This document shows, piece after piece, positions 24,879 through 37,407 of a DNA stretch of 47,964 bases. The notes below the pieces were generated by a model that did no database searches, was not told where the DNA came from, and was given only the letters and a program-made list of their open reading frames with translations. A program made the position numbers and the translations under genes. How positions within the stretch are numbered: the first letter of the stretch is position 1; the number at the start of each line of letters is the position of its first letter. The DNA is from Nemertoderma westbladi (lineage: Eukaryota > Animalia > Xenacoelomorpha), in NCBI GenBank assembly GCA_032718475.1, contig JAUCBJ010007625.1:1-47964 (forward strand), in the 5' to 3' direction.

Positions 24879-27269
24879 ATTGTAAAGGATTTATCGTGCC
24901 TTCAGCACGATAAAACTCCTAAACGGCTTTTTGTATCTCAAAATATAGTTCCAAGTGTTAACACACTTCGTTTACTGTTTTGGTTTCTCGGTCGATAAGG
25001 CTGACTTGAAAATAGCTAGCAATAGTAAACGATCCTTCAATGACTTAGTACTAAAACACAGTGATTTCTGTTCTCCAGATGTTATATTGCTCCCTTCAGT
25101 ATGAAAATAGTGTACGCTATGTAACACCATAGAAAAACCAGTGGGAAGACTAAGAGGGGAAAAGAGAAACCGGGTGAGGGGTGCTTTGGGTACGTTAGGA
25201 TCGATAAATAATAAATAAAATCCAAAAAATGTTAACCAAAAAAGTACCGTAGTGCATAAAATACAGTATTTTAGTCGTTTCATATGCTAAAATACTCTGA
25301 ACAATATCTCAAAAAGGTAGATTAAAGTCCAAGAATTCGGGAAGATACTGCTACTTTGCCCTCACGGCTAGGCAGTCGGTCCTGGGACGAACTGAGGAAC
25401 CAGCGGGCAGAGTGAGCAAGCACTACAGGGCTGGTCGGCCAAAACTCTGCTCTCTGCGGGAACTTATTCCCACACTCCTAGACACCACTATTGCCAGGTA
25501 AGGCAAAGCGGTAATAGGAATAGTGCAAGCGGATTGCCGAGAAGCAGAGCCAAGATAGAGTGCAAAGGGCTGCAAGACCGGATGTTACCGACTGACTTAA
25601 TTCATGAAATACTGGCCCTTATAAATCCGGTATTCGGGGTCAATATGAAGCGATATATCACTTGCTAAGGAGGTTGTCTTTCCTGAGCAAGGATTACGTT
25701 AAACACATGTAAATCACGATTGATATTGACTGTCAACTGCTAAACCAATAATCGTTTACTGCAACTTTGTATCATTGAGTTTTATTGGATACAGAAACAT
25801 TCCCTGATTAACTGGGGCAGCGCTAAGCAATAGGAAAGAAGTGTATATTGGTTAGGTACTCCCATTGGGTGATTGTTATTGGAAGGGATGCCGGGTGTAT
25901 GGTTAACTGGAGGGTTTGAAGGTGCTTGAATGTGACTGGTTAGAGAAGGCCTTGTACAATGGGTGGCGATGGCAAGGGGTTTTGAGATAAGGGAATAATT
26001 ATGTGAATAATTATTGCATTTTAAAATCAGAATCATGAGGGAGCGTATTTTTGTTGAATTGCCTACGAAGGCGCGAAAAATCGATTACACTTCTAAGGGC
26101 CAAAATGGGCTCCATGGTCACACGACCTTTACGGAACCCTTTTTGCACCTAGTAAAAAGTAGTAGTTCCATTGGCCTGATTGTGTTTTACTTGGCTCGGT
26201 TGAATTCCTTGCCACAAAAAACCTATAAAAAGCTAAAAATAATACTATTTAATAAAATTCCAAGAAATCAAAAATTTGAAATTTTGTGGCTGGCACCAAA
26301 TTTTACACCCAGTGAAAAGTTGTATTTCAGTTTCCCTGGTAGTATTATAATTAGTTCAGTTGAATTCGCCTCCCAAAAAACCTAGAACATGCCAAAATAG
26401 AGATCTTTGAATAAAAGTTAATGAAACCGATACTGTACAATAGAAATTGAAATTCAATGTTGCATGTATACCAGCTTCAATTTACTGAACTTTAATAACA
26501 TCGATTTACTCCACTTTGTTAATTCACATATCATGGATACTTCAACGTAAATTTCGTGATAGCCTGGTCAAAAATGATCATAAAGATCCCAATTTGATAT
26601 CAAAATGACCGCCTTATATAGGGGAATACAATTCTACAATAAACATAAATTCGAAAATTTGAACTCTAAGGGCCACATAAACGCTGTATTGGCCGGAGTA
26701 CCACCCCCCCTGAACACTTTTTTAAAAGTCTACAATTTCAACAGAAATTACAATATTTTGATTTTATACAGTATGGGCTGTTAAAATATGGCTAAACATT
26801 TGTTTTTTCGAAAAATTTTCAAATTTCCAGTCGCCCTCTAGGGCAATTGAATGAAACAAGATTTGCGGTTAAAATGCTACTAGTCAGTCATTCAATTTTA
26901 GGTGAAATTGTATGAAACCAATTTTATTTCAAATTACTGAGGTGAGCTCCACAAAAGTTATCGGTTAAAATTTTTAGTTTTGCCTTTCTATGAAAATTAA
27001 TTAATTTTTTAATTAATTAATTAAAATTTTGTCAAATATTAATAAATATATTTATTAATATTTGGCAAAATTTTAACAAATTTTTGGATTTAATCTAAAA
27101 AATTGGCTATAAAAACAGAAATATAAAAATTCCAACCGATAACTTTTAAAGAACAGCCGAAACCCTTTCGAATGATACAAAAATAAAGAAATTGGTTAAA
27201 AAATGGCGGAGGAGTAGTATTTTAAAAGATGCAAAATGTCATTCCGAAAGAATTGCCTTCAAAGTTTAA

Positions 27270-27590
27270 ACCTTCCCGCCAAAAGTGGCTGTCTGTGGTC
27301 TGGTTGGTTAATCATTTCTGGCATGATAGAAGCACATCACCGAGCTAAAACTTTTATTATGGGGGTTTTAGGGGTCGCTGATTTCATTTCCGATGTCAAT
27401 TTTAAGGTTTGTTGGAATCTAGTCTGTCTGTCGGTTGTCTGTCTGTCTTGCAATTTGACTGACAGACCGTAATACAGAAAAGCAGCGATAACTCGAGAAC
27501 TAAAAGATGTTTCGCTAAGCGGTTTTCAGATTTGAAATCCTCATTAAATTCTGCTATAGAGTAAATAAAAAACAGACATTTGAAATTTTG
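27270..27590 (+). mobile_element. Non-autonomous interspersed repeat family (related copy at ~42780-43325, more diverged at ~31020-31310)
   Basis: Shared blocks CTTCCCGC, GAAGCACA.CACC, GGGGTCGCTGATTTCAT, CTGTCGGTTGTCT, CGATAACTCGAGAAC.AAAAGA and CTAAGC.GTTTTC. Confidence 0.65.
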
Positions 27591-30199
27591 ACCAGGGGGG
27601 GGGGGGGGGGGGGGTACTCCGGCCTTTAATAGAATAAATAGCATCGCGCAGGTGCAAGAACCATGCAACTGTTGAACGTTTATATCCTTGGAATCCTTGC
27701 ATGGCCAGTTTCCCATTGCTACCAACAAATCACAATAAGGTTGAAGAATAACACCGTATTAACTGGTGCAATATCGTAGGAGATATCTTTTCTAAAAACT
27801 TGTAGCTAAAGAATAAAAGCAAAACTAATAATTCTGGCTCACCCACGGAGGAGGAGGGTGGTGGAACTATCGCTGTTTCAAATTACATGCAATCTCTTCA
27901 AGATTTGTATAAAAAAAATATGTGCTGGTGAAAACCATGTCTCAACAAAAGAAAGGACTTCCAAGTTTCACGATAAATTTTCAAGCAAAAAATCCCAATT
28001 GCAGGATAATGACCGAATGTAAACTCTGAGAGATTGGAGACTTTTAAAGTATCCGGAGAAAATCCCCACGTTTTTTCGCCACTGCTCAACTGAGATATTC
28101 ATTTAAATTGGAGGAAACGAAAGTGACTGAGGTAGCGATCGAGCGTGGGGCAAAATCATGTAGGACTGTAACACGCAATACACCCTGATAATCCTTAAGA
28201 GAACATTTAGTTTATACTGTAAATGAGATAAATTACATATAGCGACATACAGATGCTGATTGGCTTGGGGAAGTTCCCACCGGAGTGACAATCATACAGA
28301 CACCCCAGCACTCACACAGCACACACAACAGACACACAAAATGAGAAAATTACATGGAACGAAATATGAGGGGAGGGGAATGGGATAAATTCAAGAAGCG
28401 GAAACAATTTGAAGACATTGAATATTGTGATTTGTATTCCCATCATCAGAAACGTTTTAGTAATAGAACATTAGGCCTGTTTCAAAGTAAATTGTACATT
28501 AACATAGAATCTACCTAGACAAAGGATCAATAATGTAAGTGGTAAATCGAATATATAACAACACATAGAAAATTAATAATAATACGTTAACACTATAAAC
28601 ACGAGAAGGCATTAATTTTTCCTAATAGTTTGAATTTTGGAATAAATTTCCTTTTTCGAGTGACTATTCTTTCGTAAACAACTTATTTCCGTGTAAAACA
28701 ATGAAAAAACAATAAATATGTCAAAACACAACTTAATTTTTTTTAACAAAGATACGCCCCCAAGCGGGGCAAATGGTTTAATCATGTAGAGTGATAAAAG
28801 ATTACAAGATCGCGAAATCGCCATATCTCGTTAGATTCCGCCAGTCAATATTGGAACTCAAGGAAAAGCTACAAAAACCTGATTAAAAAGAAACAACGCT
28901 CTCATAATGATTTGAAGATTCTAAACCGTCTCGACAAGGCAGAGGTTGACCCTTGGTCTCTATTCAAAGATACAAATAACACTGCAGCCCCGATCGAAGC
29001 CAATCGACTGGAGTCTCACTTTCAATATCTGCTCGGTACAGCGAATACGCCAGCGGGTCGTCCGGACCCTCCCGTGCCCTCTGCTGAGGAGCTTTCCGAC
29101 CATGAGTGGTATAACGAACCAATTTCCAAAGAAGAAGTTGTGGACACTATAAAACAGTCGAAAAACAAGAAAGCTTCAGGGCCGGACGGGATCTTTTATG
29201 AACACCTTAAGGATCTACCGCCGTTCTTTTTAATTCAAATAACCATGTTATATAACCTGTGTTTGACCTGCTCATCGATACCCTTGGCCTGGAAATCGAG
29301 TTTTATTAATATTCTGTTCAAAGGTAAAGGGTCTCGACGGGATCCCGACAATTACCGTGGCATTGCTTTGATAGCAGTTTTTCTAAAAATTCTCACATCG
29401 ATTTTTAGCAAAAGAATTATGTCAACTCTAGCTTCCCAGTTCCCTTCTGATCAATATGGGTTTCTGAGTTGAAAGTCAACAACTCAAGCATTAGATAAAT
29501 TCCTTTCTCATATACATAACTCACTTAGCTCTTCATCACGCAGTGACCGTAAAGTATACGCCTGTTTTATTGATTTTAAAAAGGCTTTTGACCTTGTTTC
29601 TAGAGCTAAACTTTTATATAAAATTTACAACTTATTACAATTACAATTATTAAAGGGAAAGTTTATAATATTATTCGCGATATTCTCAATAACTCAATTC
29701 GTATATTTGATGGTCTTAGACTCTCTAACGTTATTGGCCAGCTTAGAGGTGTTTTACAGGGAGATTGTTTATCTCCGACATTATTTTTGTTATTCATTGC
29801 AGATTTGGCCTACAGACTTCTTTCTATAGCCCGCACTATTTTTATTATATTTTATGCAGATGATATTATAGTCATTTACTCGAACAGGGCCACAGACATA
29901 CAGTTAGCTTTAAACCTAGTACATTCATGGAATCATTCAATGTTAGGAGAATGGAATATGGTTAACCTTAAGAAAACTAAAATCGTAAAATTTAGGAAAG
30001 GTGGCCGATTAAATAACACCGATTTATTTTATTTCGGTGGTGATATTGTCAAAATTGAAAATTCCTACGACTATCTAGGTTTAACAGTGCAATCTTATCT
30101 CAGTTTTAGCAGACATATAGACAGAAAAAAACGTGATTGCTACAGTATAATAGGTTCACTTAGCTATTTACCTCTTTTATCTGTTGTTACCGGTCTCAA

Positions 30200-30437
30200 C
30201 CGGACGGCGGGGTAGCTCAGTTGGTTGAGCGCCGGGCCTGCAATCTAGTGGTTGTAGGTTCAGCCCCGCCAGGGTCCACTCAGCCTTTCATCCACTGGGG
30301 TCGATAAAATGAGTACCAGTACCAGTTAAATTACTGGGAGCAAATCATGGGATAGGAGTAGCGCCCACCCCTACCCTCGGGTAGCAGCTATCGAAAGAGG
30401 AGCCTTCGGGTCGCCTCCGGCCTCGGCCGGCTGACTG
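30200..30437 (+). mobile_element. tRNA-derived SINE with 11-bp TSD
   Basis: A box TAGCTCAGTTGG, B-box-like GGTTCAGCCC, central ACTCAGCCTTTCATCC...GGTCGATAAAATGAGTACCAG core and CTGACTG tail. TSD ACCGGTCTCAA at 30189-30199 and 30438-30448. Confidence 0.92.
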
Positions 30438-30758
30438 ACCGGTCTCAAAATATTTAATGGTAAAATCGCCCCGAAAGCTCTATATGCCATTTCATCAAAT
30501 GGGAAGTTTTTAAAACTAAATAATCTAAAAGAGCTTGATAAAATTAAATCGTCCTTTTTAAAGAAAATGCTAGGTCTTCCCACCAATGCCTCCTCAACTT
30601 TAGCACATAATATTACGGGAGAAAGAACTCTAGTGTATTTTTGACAAAGACGTGGTGCAATCTTATAAAGCTTTTAGAGCCGATCGCCAGAACCATCGCC
30701 AGGCCCAGCCTTTAAATCGACCACATGGAGATCAGCCGGCCAAAGGAACCGCCACGTG

Positions 30759-30866
30759 CTCTGTCGGACGACAGCGCACGGGTTCCACCATAAACTCTGT
30801 CGGACGACAGCGCACGGGTTCCACCATAAACTCTGTCGGACGACAGCGCACGGGTTCCACCATGAA
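30759..30866. repeat. 36-bp triplication within the LINE 3' region
   Basis: CTCTGTCGGACGACAGCGCACGGGTTCCACCATAAA x3. Confidence 0.95.
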
Positions 30867-31397
30867 CTATGTCTTTCCACTCTTCTGTCACTCGCCCATT
30901 AGAGATAAATGTCAAAACATAAGGAAAGTATTAAGAAGCTAAAAGTTTTGTTACGGGGTCTTCTACCCTTGGTTGCTGATTACATTTCCTACGTCAGTTA
31001 TCACTTTTAACAAAACTTCCTATGTCTGTGTGTCAGTTTTTCTGTCTGTCCAGCGATCTGTCTTTGAAAGCAATAGGATAGCAATAGGACTATATCTAAA
31101 AATTTTGTTATGGTGATTTTCATGGTTGGTAATTTCCTTTCCGATGTCAATTTTCATGTTTGACGTCATCCACATTGTCTGTTTGTATATTCAGCTTCAG
31201 CTGTCGGTTATATTTTGACGGACAGACAGACAGACAGCAATTCTGACAGACAGGGAGCTGTCAAATGAGAAAACTAACTTTAGAAATGAAATCACCAACC
31301 CCGAAACCCTTTTCGGAGAGACTTAAATACGTTTACTGTATATTGCGCGGTCGTATTATTAACTTTGTAAATAAATATAAATAAATAAATAATAAAT

Positions 31398-31561
31398 TAA
31401 TGGTTGACAACCAAATAAATAAATGGTTGACAACCAATAAATAAATGGTTGACAACCAATAAATAAATGGTTGACAACCAATAAATAAATGGTTGACAAC
31501 CAATAAATAAATGGATGACAACCAATAAATAAATGGTGGACAACCAATAAATAAATGGTTG
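31398..31561. repeat. 22-bp minisatellite, ~7.5 copies
   Basis: AATAAATAAATGGTTGACAACC tandem units. Confidence 0.95.
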
Positions 31562-31906
31562 TCGTAAATCGTTACATTTTTTATTGATTTATTTTATTTT
31601 ATTGTATTTATTTATGACAAATATATTTATTGGGTGTAAATTTGCATATCCTTTGTGGTGTTAGTTAAATATTGGTTGTGATGTAAAAAAAATAGTTTCT
31701 GGTGTAAAAAAAAGTTGTTTTTGGCAACTTTAATTGGAATCATTTTATATTTTAAACAAGTTTTATATTTTACTATATGATTGATAGTTTGATATTACGT
31801 GATGCATCAAATGAAAAGTTGGCGCAAAGCCATTAACTCATACTTTACATTAACACAGACTCATAAACCCCGTGCATTACAGATTTGTGATTATTATAGA
31901 ACTCAC

Positions 31907-32061
31907 CTTTGATCATTACGAGTGTCTTTGAATGAATCAGAATGTTGTTGAGACATAGGACGGGAGGACCCCTGAGAACCAACTCTGTGTCTGGAAGTGG
32001 CTGACGGTGCCTGCCGAGTATCCGCCATGGTGTCATCGTATCTCGCCGTTCCTTCATTATA
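31907..32061 (-). CDS. 155-nt internal exon of the long isoform (this frame is not in the ORF track)
   Basis: Acceptor tcatcttctttatgcag and donor AAG|GTGAGT. Phase 0 start gives YNEGTARYDDTMADTRQAPSATSRHRVGSQGSSRPMSQQHSDSFKDTRNDQ. Phase 0 in matches the donor at 38351 and phase 2 out matches the acceptor at 15003. Confidence 0.8.
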
Positions 32062-33811
32062 CTGCATAAAGAAGATGAACAGGAGTAATATAATACTATA
32101 TAGTTAATATAATAAAAACAAAAAGGTCTTCCTTCACCCACAAATAAAAGGAAAAGAATACGTACGGTAGGTACATTCATTCATTCAACATTCAGTATAT
32201 GTATGTACCTGAGGAAGAACTGGAACTACAGTTTGAACTTACAGATAGATTCATGGCCTAAACTTATACTATAGACTCATAGACCATTAATCTTAATAAA
32301 GATGTGGTGGTAGTAGTATATGAAGATATGACACGATATCAAGGTCACCCATAGCCCAGCATTACCATGTTTTGTACTCCTGATAGCCAATCAGAAGCCA
32401 CAATTTCAACCGTTACCAGTGGTCGTTATTATTTCAACCAATCAGAAGCCAGCATTTCAACCGTTGCCATGGTAACTTTCCAAGTTCCCGCATTTTCCGT
32501 TAGAGGCGTTAGTCACCCAGCGAACTCCTTCTCTACTCCTTGCAACCAATCGCGAGCCTTTATTTTACAGGTGCTCGGGTGTCTACACTTAGCAGCAGGT
32601 AACTTCTACTATTTTTCAAATCGCTATTTTTCACCAACCAGTATTTTCATATCTTTTATTTCAGGTGTCTTTCTACCTGTAATTTTTCACCAGTAACTAA
32701 ATTTCATTTCGCCATTTTTCAGATAACAAAATATTCAACCGGGATCGAACACGGGACCTTTATATCCGACAAATATCCAGGTTATACTGTAGCCATTGAA
32801 TTCTTCATCATCAACTGATAGCAGATGTTTATAAATAGCTTCTAGTTCCTTAACATGCTTTCTATAGCATAGAATGCATTAATTCAACTACTAATAATAA
32901 TCGCCTATCATTGTATATGTGACTGGTTAACTAAGTTTGAATATAAGTTAGAATGGTAGGCCTAGCATTGTAGAATTTTACCGTACACATTGCATCTGTT
33001 ACACGTAACTACTATATTCTTCACTGCAAGTCACTCTGATGCAATAAATCATCCATATGTTATAATAAATCTATATAATCCGAAGTTTTACATTCTAATA
33101 ATCATTTCTTTATTTTATTTTTCAAAATAGTTTTCATTCTAATTATGGATTTACTTAAAAAAAAGTTAAAACAATACTTGGAGATTTACATGTAATAAAT
33201 ATACCTGTAGTATTGGAGATTTACATGTAATAAATATACCTGTAGTATTGTTTACGGTAAGTACTTTATATTACACTCAAGCGATAGCAATGTAACAACG
33301 TGCTTCTCTTACCAGGATACACTCTTACACCTTCTAGAGTCCTTAGAAATATTAATCAACCGACAAAAGGAATCATCAGTTTCAAGAGGTAATATTTATC
33401 CTAATATAGAATTTACAAGAGGAAATTTAAATATTTCCAACTGCGTTATTTCTGAAAACATATATCTTCAGAGGCAAGGCAAATGTCAAATTCTAAACAA
33501 ATCACTCATTAATTTATTGCTTCAGAGTAAGACAAAAATATTAGAATTTCTATCACCACCACTCGAAATAATAAATTAGTAATCTGTTGCTAATTTAACC
33601 AACCCATTATTTGTTGGTTTTGTAAGCAAATATAAAGGCGTCGCTTATAGGGGACAATGGGAAATTTCTGCTAGATATTCTGACGCTATTGGTCTTAGGT
33701 ATTACAATGGGTTTAACTTAACAGCATCGGAAGTAAATTCATTGTGGTATGAATGGAATTATGAAATTAGTAACGAAGGTGTCTTTCCAGAGCTAGATAC
33801 GAGCGATAAAA

Positions 33812-34209
33812 GCTTTATCTGACTGACTTAAAGTAAAAATATATGTACAAGAAAAAAAAGTAATTATTACAGACAAGGAAAGCAAATATTTGGAGTTACA
33901 TTACGATAAAGACATACAACATAGAGTTTTTCAATGATATGATGGAAAAGGTTTTATCAACTGATATAGCAGACGGTTTCGCGATTCTACGTCAACTGAT
34001 ATAGCAGACGGTTTCGCGATTCTACATCGTAGAATCGCGAAACCGTCTGCTATATCAGTTGATAAAACCTTTTCCATCATATCATTGAAAAACTCTATAT
34101 GTTGTATGTCTTTATCGTAATGTAACTCCAAATATTTCCTTTCCTTGTCTGTAATAATTACTTTTTTTTCTTGTACATTTATTTTTACTTTAAGTCAGTC
34201 AGATAAAGC
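33812..34209. repeat. ~400-bp fold-back palindrome inside the Polinton
   Basis: 33812-33990 is the near-perfect reverse complement of ~34028-34209. A 34-bp direct duplication (TCAACTGATATAGCAGACGGTTTCGCGATTCTAC) sits at the centre. Confidence 0.95.
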
Positions 34210-34599
34210 AATTTGAAAGGTTAATATTCCATTTCCAGAAGCAGCTTCATCCACAACATTAGCATGTAAAAGCTACTATATCAATGAAATAAAAATTATT
34301 ATGTACATCTTGGTTTAGACTTGATTTTATTATAAAGAATTAAGTTGTAAAAGCAACTTTATTTATGATATTAGTTTCCAATGTAACATTTATTTATGAT
34401 TGGTATAAGTAGAAACTTGAAATATATATATAAAGAGCTCAACTGATTCAATCGAGCTCATTCTGAAAATATTGAATCAATTAAAGTTTAGATATTATAT
34501 GATTGAGTAGCTTGAGTGTTGAGTAGCTTATGAATTTTTTGATTATATATAACAACAATATTCATATTAATTTTAAATTGTTTTTAGGATAATAAAGAG

Positions 34600-35640
34600 A
34601 TGGATATACTATTGACATGTCCATTTTGCAAACGTGAAATTTCTAAACATAATTATTTAACTCACCTGAAGTCACATTTCAATGTTTATTCTTGTTTTAA
34701 ATGTCATGTTAGGACTTCACGCAAAGAAATTTGTAAACGACATGAATCAACTACAGGTTGTAAAGAAATGAAGTTTTGCGTGTATCAAAAGACTTGTTCT
34801 ACTTGTAATAAAGAGTATTCATATGAGAATTATTTACGTCACGACTGACACCAATGTCATTATCATGTTAGACCACCACGACGGAACCAAAACAATACTG
34901 TCACATCTAGAAAAAGACTGAAATCTGGTCAAGGTCCATCAATTTTTAGCCTCGAACGAGCCGCACACGATAAACGTTTAGAAATCTATGTTTACAATCT
35001 TCCAACTGATGAAGATTTTCCTGACATTCATTCATCGATAGTAAAAATTCTCCCTTATATTGAAAAGTTATTCTTAGGAAAACTTAGCGAAATTAATGTA
35101 CTTAGACCATGGCTAGGTGTGAATATACTCATGTATCGATCATATTTTTCAGAGGGTGAGCAATTATAAACTTTATATTTTAGTTCTTCAGGTGGTGCAC
35201 TTAATACCGTAGATTCTCATGAAAGTTATAAATATTTGGTTTGAGTATGTACTGGAAAATTTATTACAAAAAATACCTATGTTTAACACACGAGGCTCAG
35301 GGTGGCGCGTTAAATCTTTATTAAGAGTGGAAATTAAAGTAGCCAAATCCAAGTCTAAGTCACTGGAATATAAAGGTCATGGTTATATGGAGTTACCTAA
35401 GGTTCTATCGGCTAAACAATGTATTATAAATATACAAACTGTTGATAATGACTGTTTCAAATGGGCTATTATAGCCACAAAATTTAGTAGCAAAGTGAAA
35501 ATAAACCGTAACCGTACTTCACAGTACATAGATTACAAGAATCATTTCATTTTTGACAATGGGAACAAAGATTATCCAACAGAATGGCAGCTAGCGATTA
35601 AACTTTTTGAAAAACAAAATGCAGGTTATACTTGTACGGT
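34600..35640 (+). pseudogene. Disrupted zinc finger plus N-terminal region of Polinton-type protein-primed DNA polymerase B
   Basis: CPFC...HLKSH zinc finger and further CxxC motifs, with in-frame stops at 34846 and ~35167 and a frameshift. Then FNTRGSGWRVKSL...GHGYMELPKVLSAKQCIINIQTVDNDCFKWAIIA, matching the remembered GSGW...Y..LP..L..K..IINI.N.DN.CF.W block of Maverick polymerase ORFs. Catalytic domains are absent. Confidence 0.78.
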
Positions 35641-36370
35641 TATGCTTCCCACCATAAAACATGTTTTGCATTATGAAACAGATAAATATATTGGAATGAT
35701 GAGCTACCTTAGTAAATAATACGGTTAAGGCTGTACCTTAAGGTGTAGTTTCTGTTAATAAATCGTCTATAATTAATAAATTTCGACTATTTACTAAACT
35801 ATCTATATTTACAGGTAGACCTTTGTAAAGGTGGGTAATAACGGGAATAGTCGGAGGATTGCTCCTGTAACAATACAATACTCGCAATTGACACAATACT
35901 CGTATGACTCGTAATGACTCGCAATACTCGTAATAAGTTACTGTAGTATACAGCAACTTATGTACAACTGTAGTATTAGTATATTTATCATGGCATTCTT
36001 TCGTTCTGCTTTTTTACCTTATTTGAAAAGATTTTGTAATCCTATACCAGCAATCAACAGACATTGTTTTCGATTTAAATAATGTCCATACCAAGTGAGA
36101 TAGCGGTGACATCGTATAAATTCGTTATACTTCTTAGTTTGACATTTACGTTCTATACCACGCCCGTAGCATTTACTACTGGAAATATGTCTTAGAGTAT
36201 GTTCCGTCAAAGTGCGAATTACTCTCATACACAAATCATTGCAAAGAATACCTTCATCAAGTTTCAAATAATACTTTTTTGGTTTTATACCTCTCGAAGA
36301 TGATTCATCTTTATTGGTTCATGGTCTTTGACATAAGTGTTGGTTCATGGTCTTTGACATAAGTGACCAT

Positions 36371-36380
36371 TATTACCGTA

Positions 36381-36440
<60 letters not shown>

Positions 36441-37407
36441 AGAGCGATATCTCAGTTATTTATTAATCAATCGAAACAAAATTTGGACAAAAGTTAGATA
36501 TAAGGATGGCGAAGGCTCATACAAAAAATTGGGTGTCGAGATGGTATTTGTGCGATGTGAGCGCTATATTTGCGTGTTTTCGCATTGGTTTAGGAAAAAG
36601 CTATCTTGTCATAGGGAACGCAATGAATGATTCTGATATTTGGCATGGAGGTACCTGAATTATTTCTAAATCGATTAACGGAGGCCGATTTTTAAATTTG
36701 GACCTACATTATGACCTAATTGAAGATTTAATTAAGGTAATTAATTAGCACTGCTAGTACTGTCTGATTGTCTGCCTGTAGTAGGCATACCGGACCGGTA
36801 CTACCTGACCACTGTAGGCCTATCTGCCTATCTTCATACTGTCATAGGTCAGTACAGCAGTAGGTCCTAGCCTAGCCCTAGCAGTAAATATAATATTTCG
36901 CCATGTTCGCAGGCGACTTCGCACTGACTACCGGTAGGCCTATGCAGCTATGCTATGAGATTAACCGTCCAGTCGTTCAGATGCATATGGTACCGGTACC
37001 GGAGCGGGTTACGGTTTAATCCTGAATTTGTCAATTACGACAATACCGGTACGACTTTGAGTACCGCTGTACCGGTACGCGGTAGCCTACCGTTACCGGT
37101 TGACCGGTAGGCGTAGGCGGTAGACCTACGGTGCGATGGTAGCCAGCCGGTAGGTGGTAGGCTTACCGTACCGGTATAAATGTTGGCGGATGGCGGGATG
37201 ACATCGTGTGGCGCGTATTTACTTACCGGTTGCCGGTAGACGCCTACCCAACTCGTAACTGGTGGTCGTGGTCGTGGTGGGATGAGCATGAGGTCGCCTA
37301 CGATGGGAACAAGTGAAAAGGAAACATAGGCCTACCCGAACGAAAACGTATTATTATTGTACTGATTAAGTAGGAGGACCGTGAACCCTCCAGGCTTGCC
37401 AGCTTGT
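36371..37407 (+). mobile_element. Probable non-autonomous rolling-circle-like (Helitron/Helentron) insertion nested in the Polinton
   Basis: (TG)n near the 5' end (36381-36438), a compositionally distinct ACCGGT-rich interior, and a 3' GGAGG...CCTCC hairpin followed by CTTGT. Classification and boundaries are tentative. Confidence 0.4.

Larger units (their letters stand above)
28830..30920 (+). mobile_element. Degenerate RTE-X-like non-LTR retrotransposon (RT region), interrupted by a SINE
   Basis: KASGPDGI, DPDNYRGIAL, QYGF, FIDFKKAFDLVSR, GVLQGDCLSPTLF, FYADD, KTKIVKFRKGG, YDYLG. The frame resumes after the SINE (GLKIFNGKIAPKALY), followed by a C-terminal HGFHH.LC motif. Stops and frameshifts are present; boundaries are approximate. 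Confidence 0.88.

Noticed and set aside
25371-25596. GC-richer island with 8-bp inverted ends (CAGTCGGT/ACCGACTG)
   Set aside because: The match is too short, with no TSD or coding signal, to support a MITE or ncRNA call.
30203-30275. tRNA gene (also ~41713-41790)
   Set aside because: No complete acceptor stem or cloverleaf, and both continue into SINE bodies; the first has a TSD.
32367-32696. Two near-identical ORFs (32367..32696 + and 37791..38021 -) that look like duplicated genes
   Set aside because: They are the two TIRs of the Polinton read inward and have no protein features.
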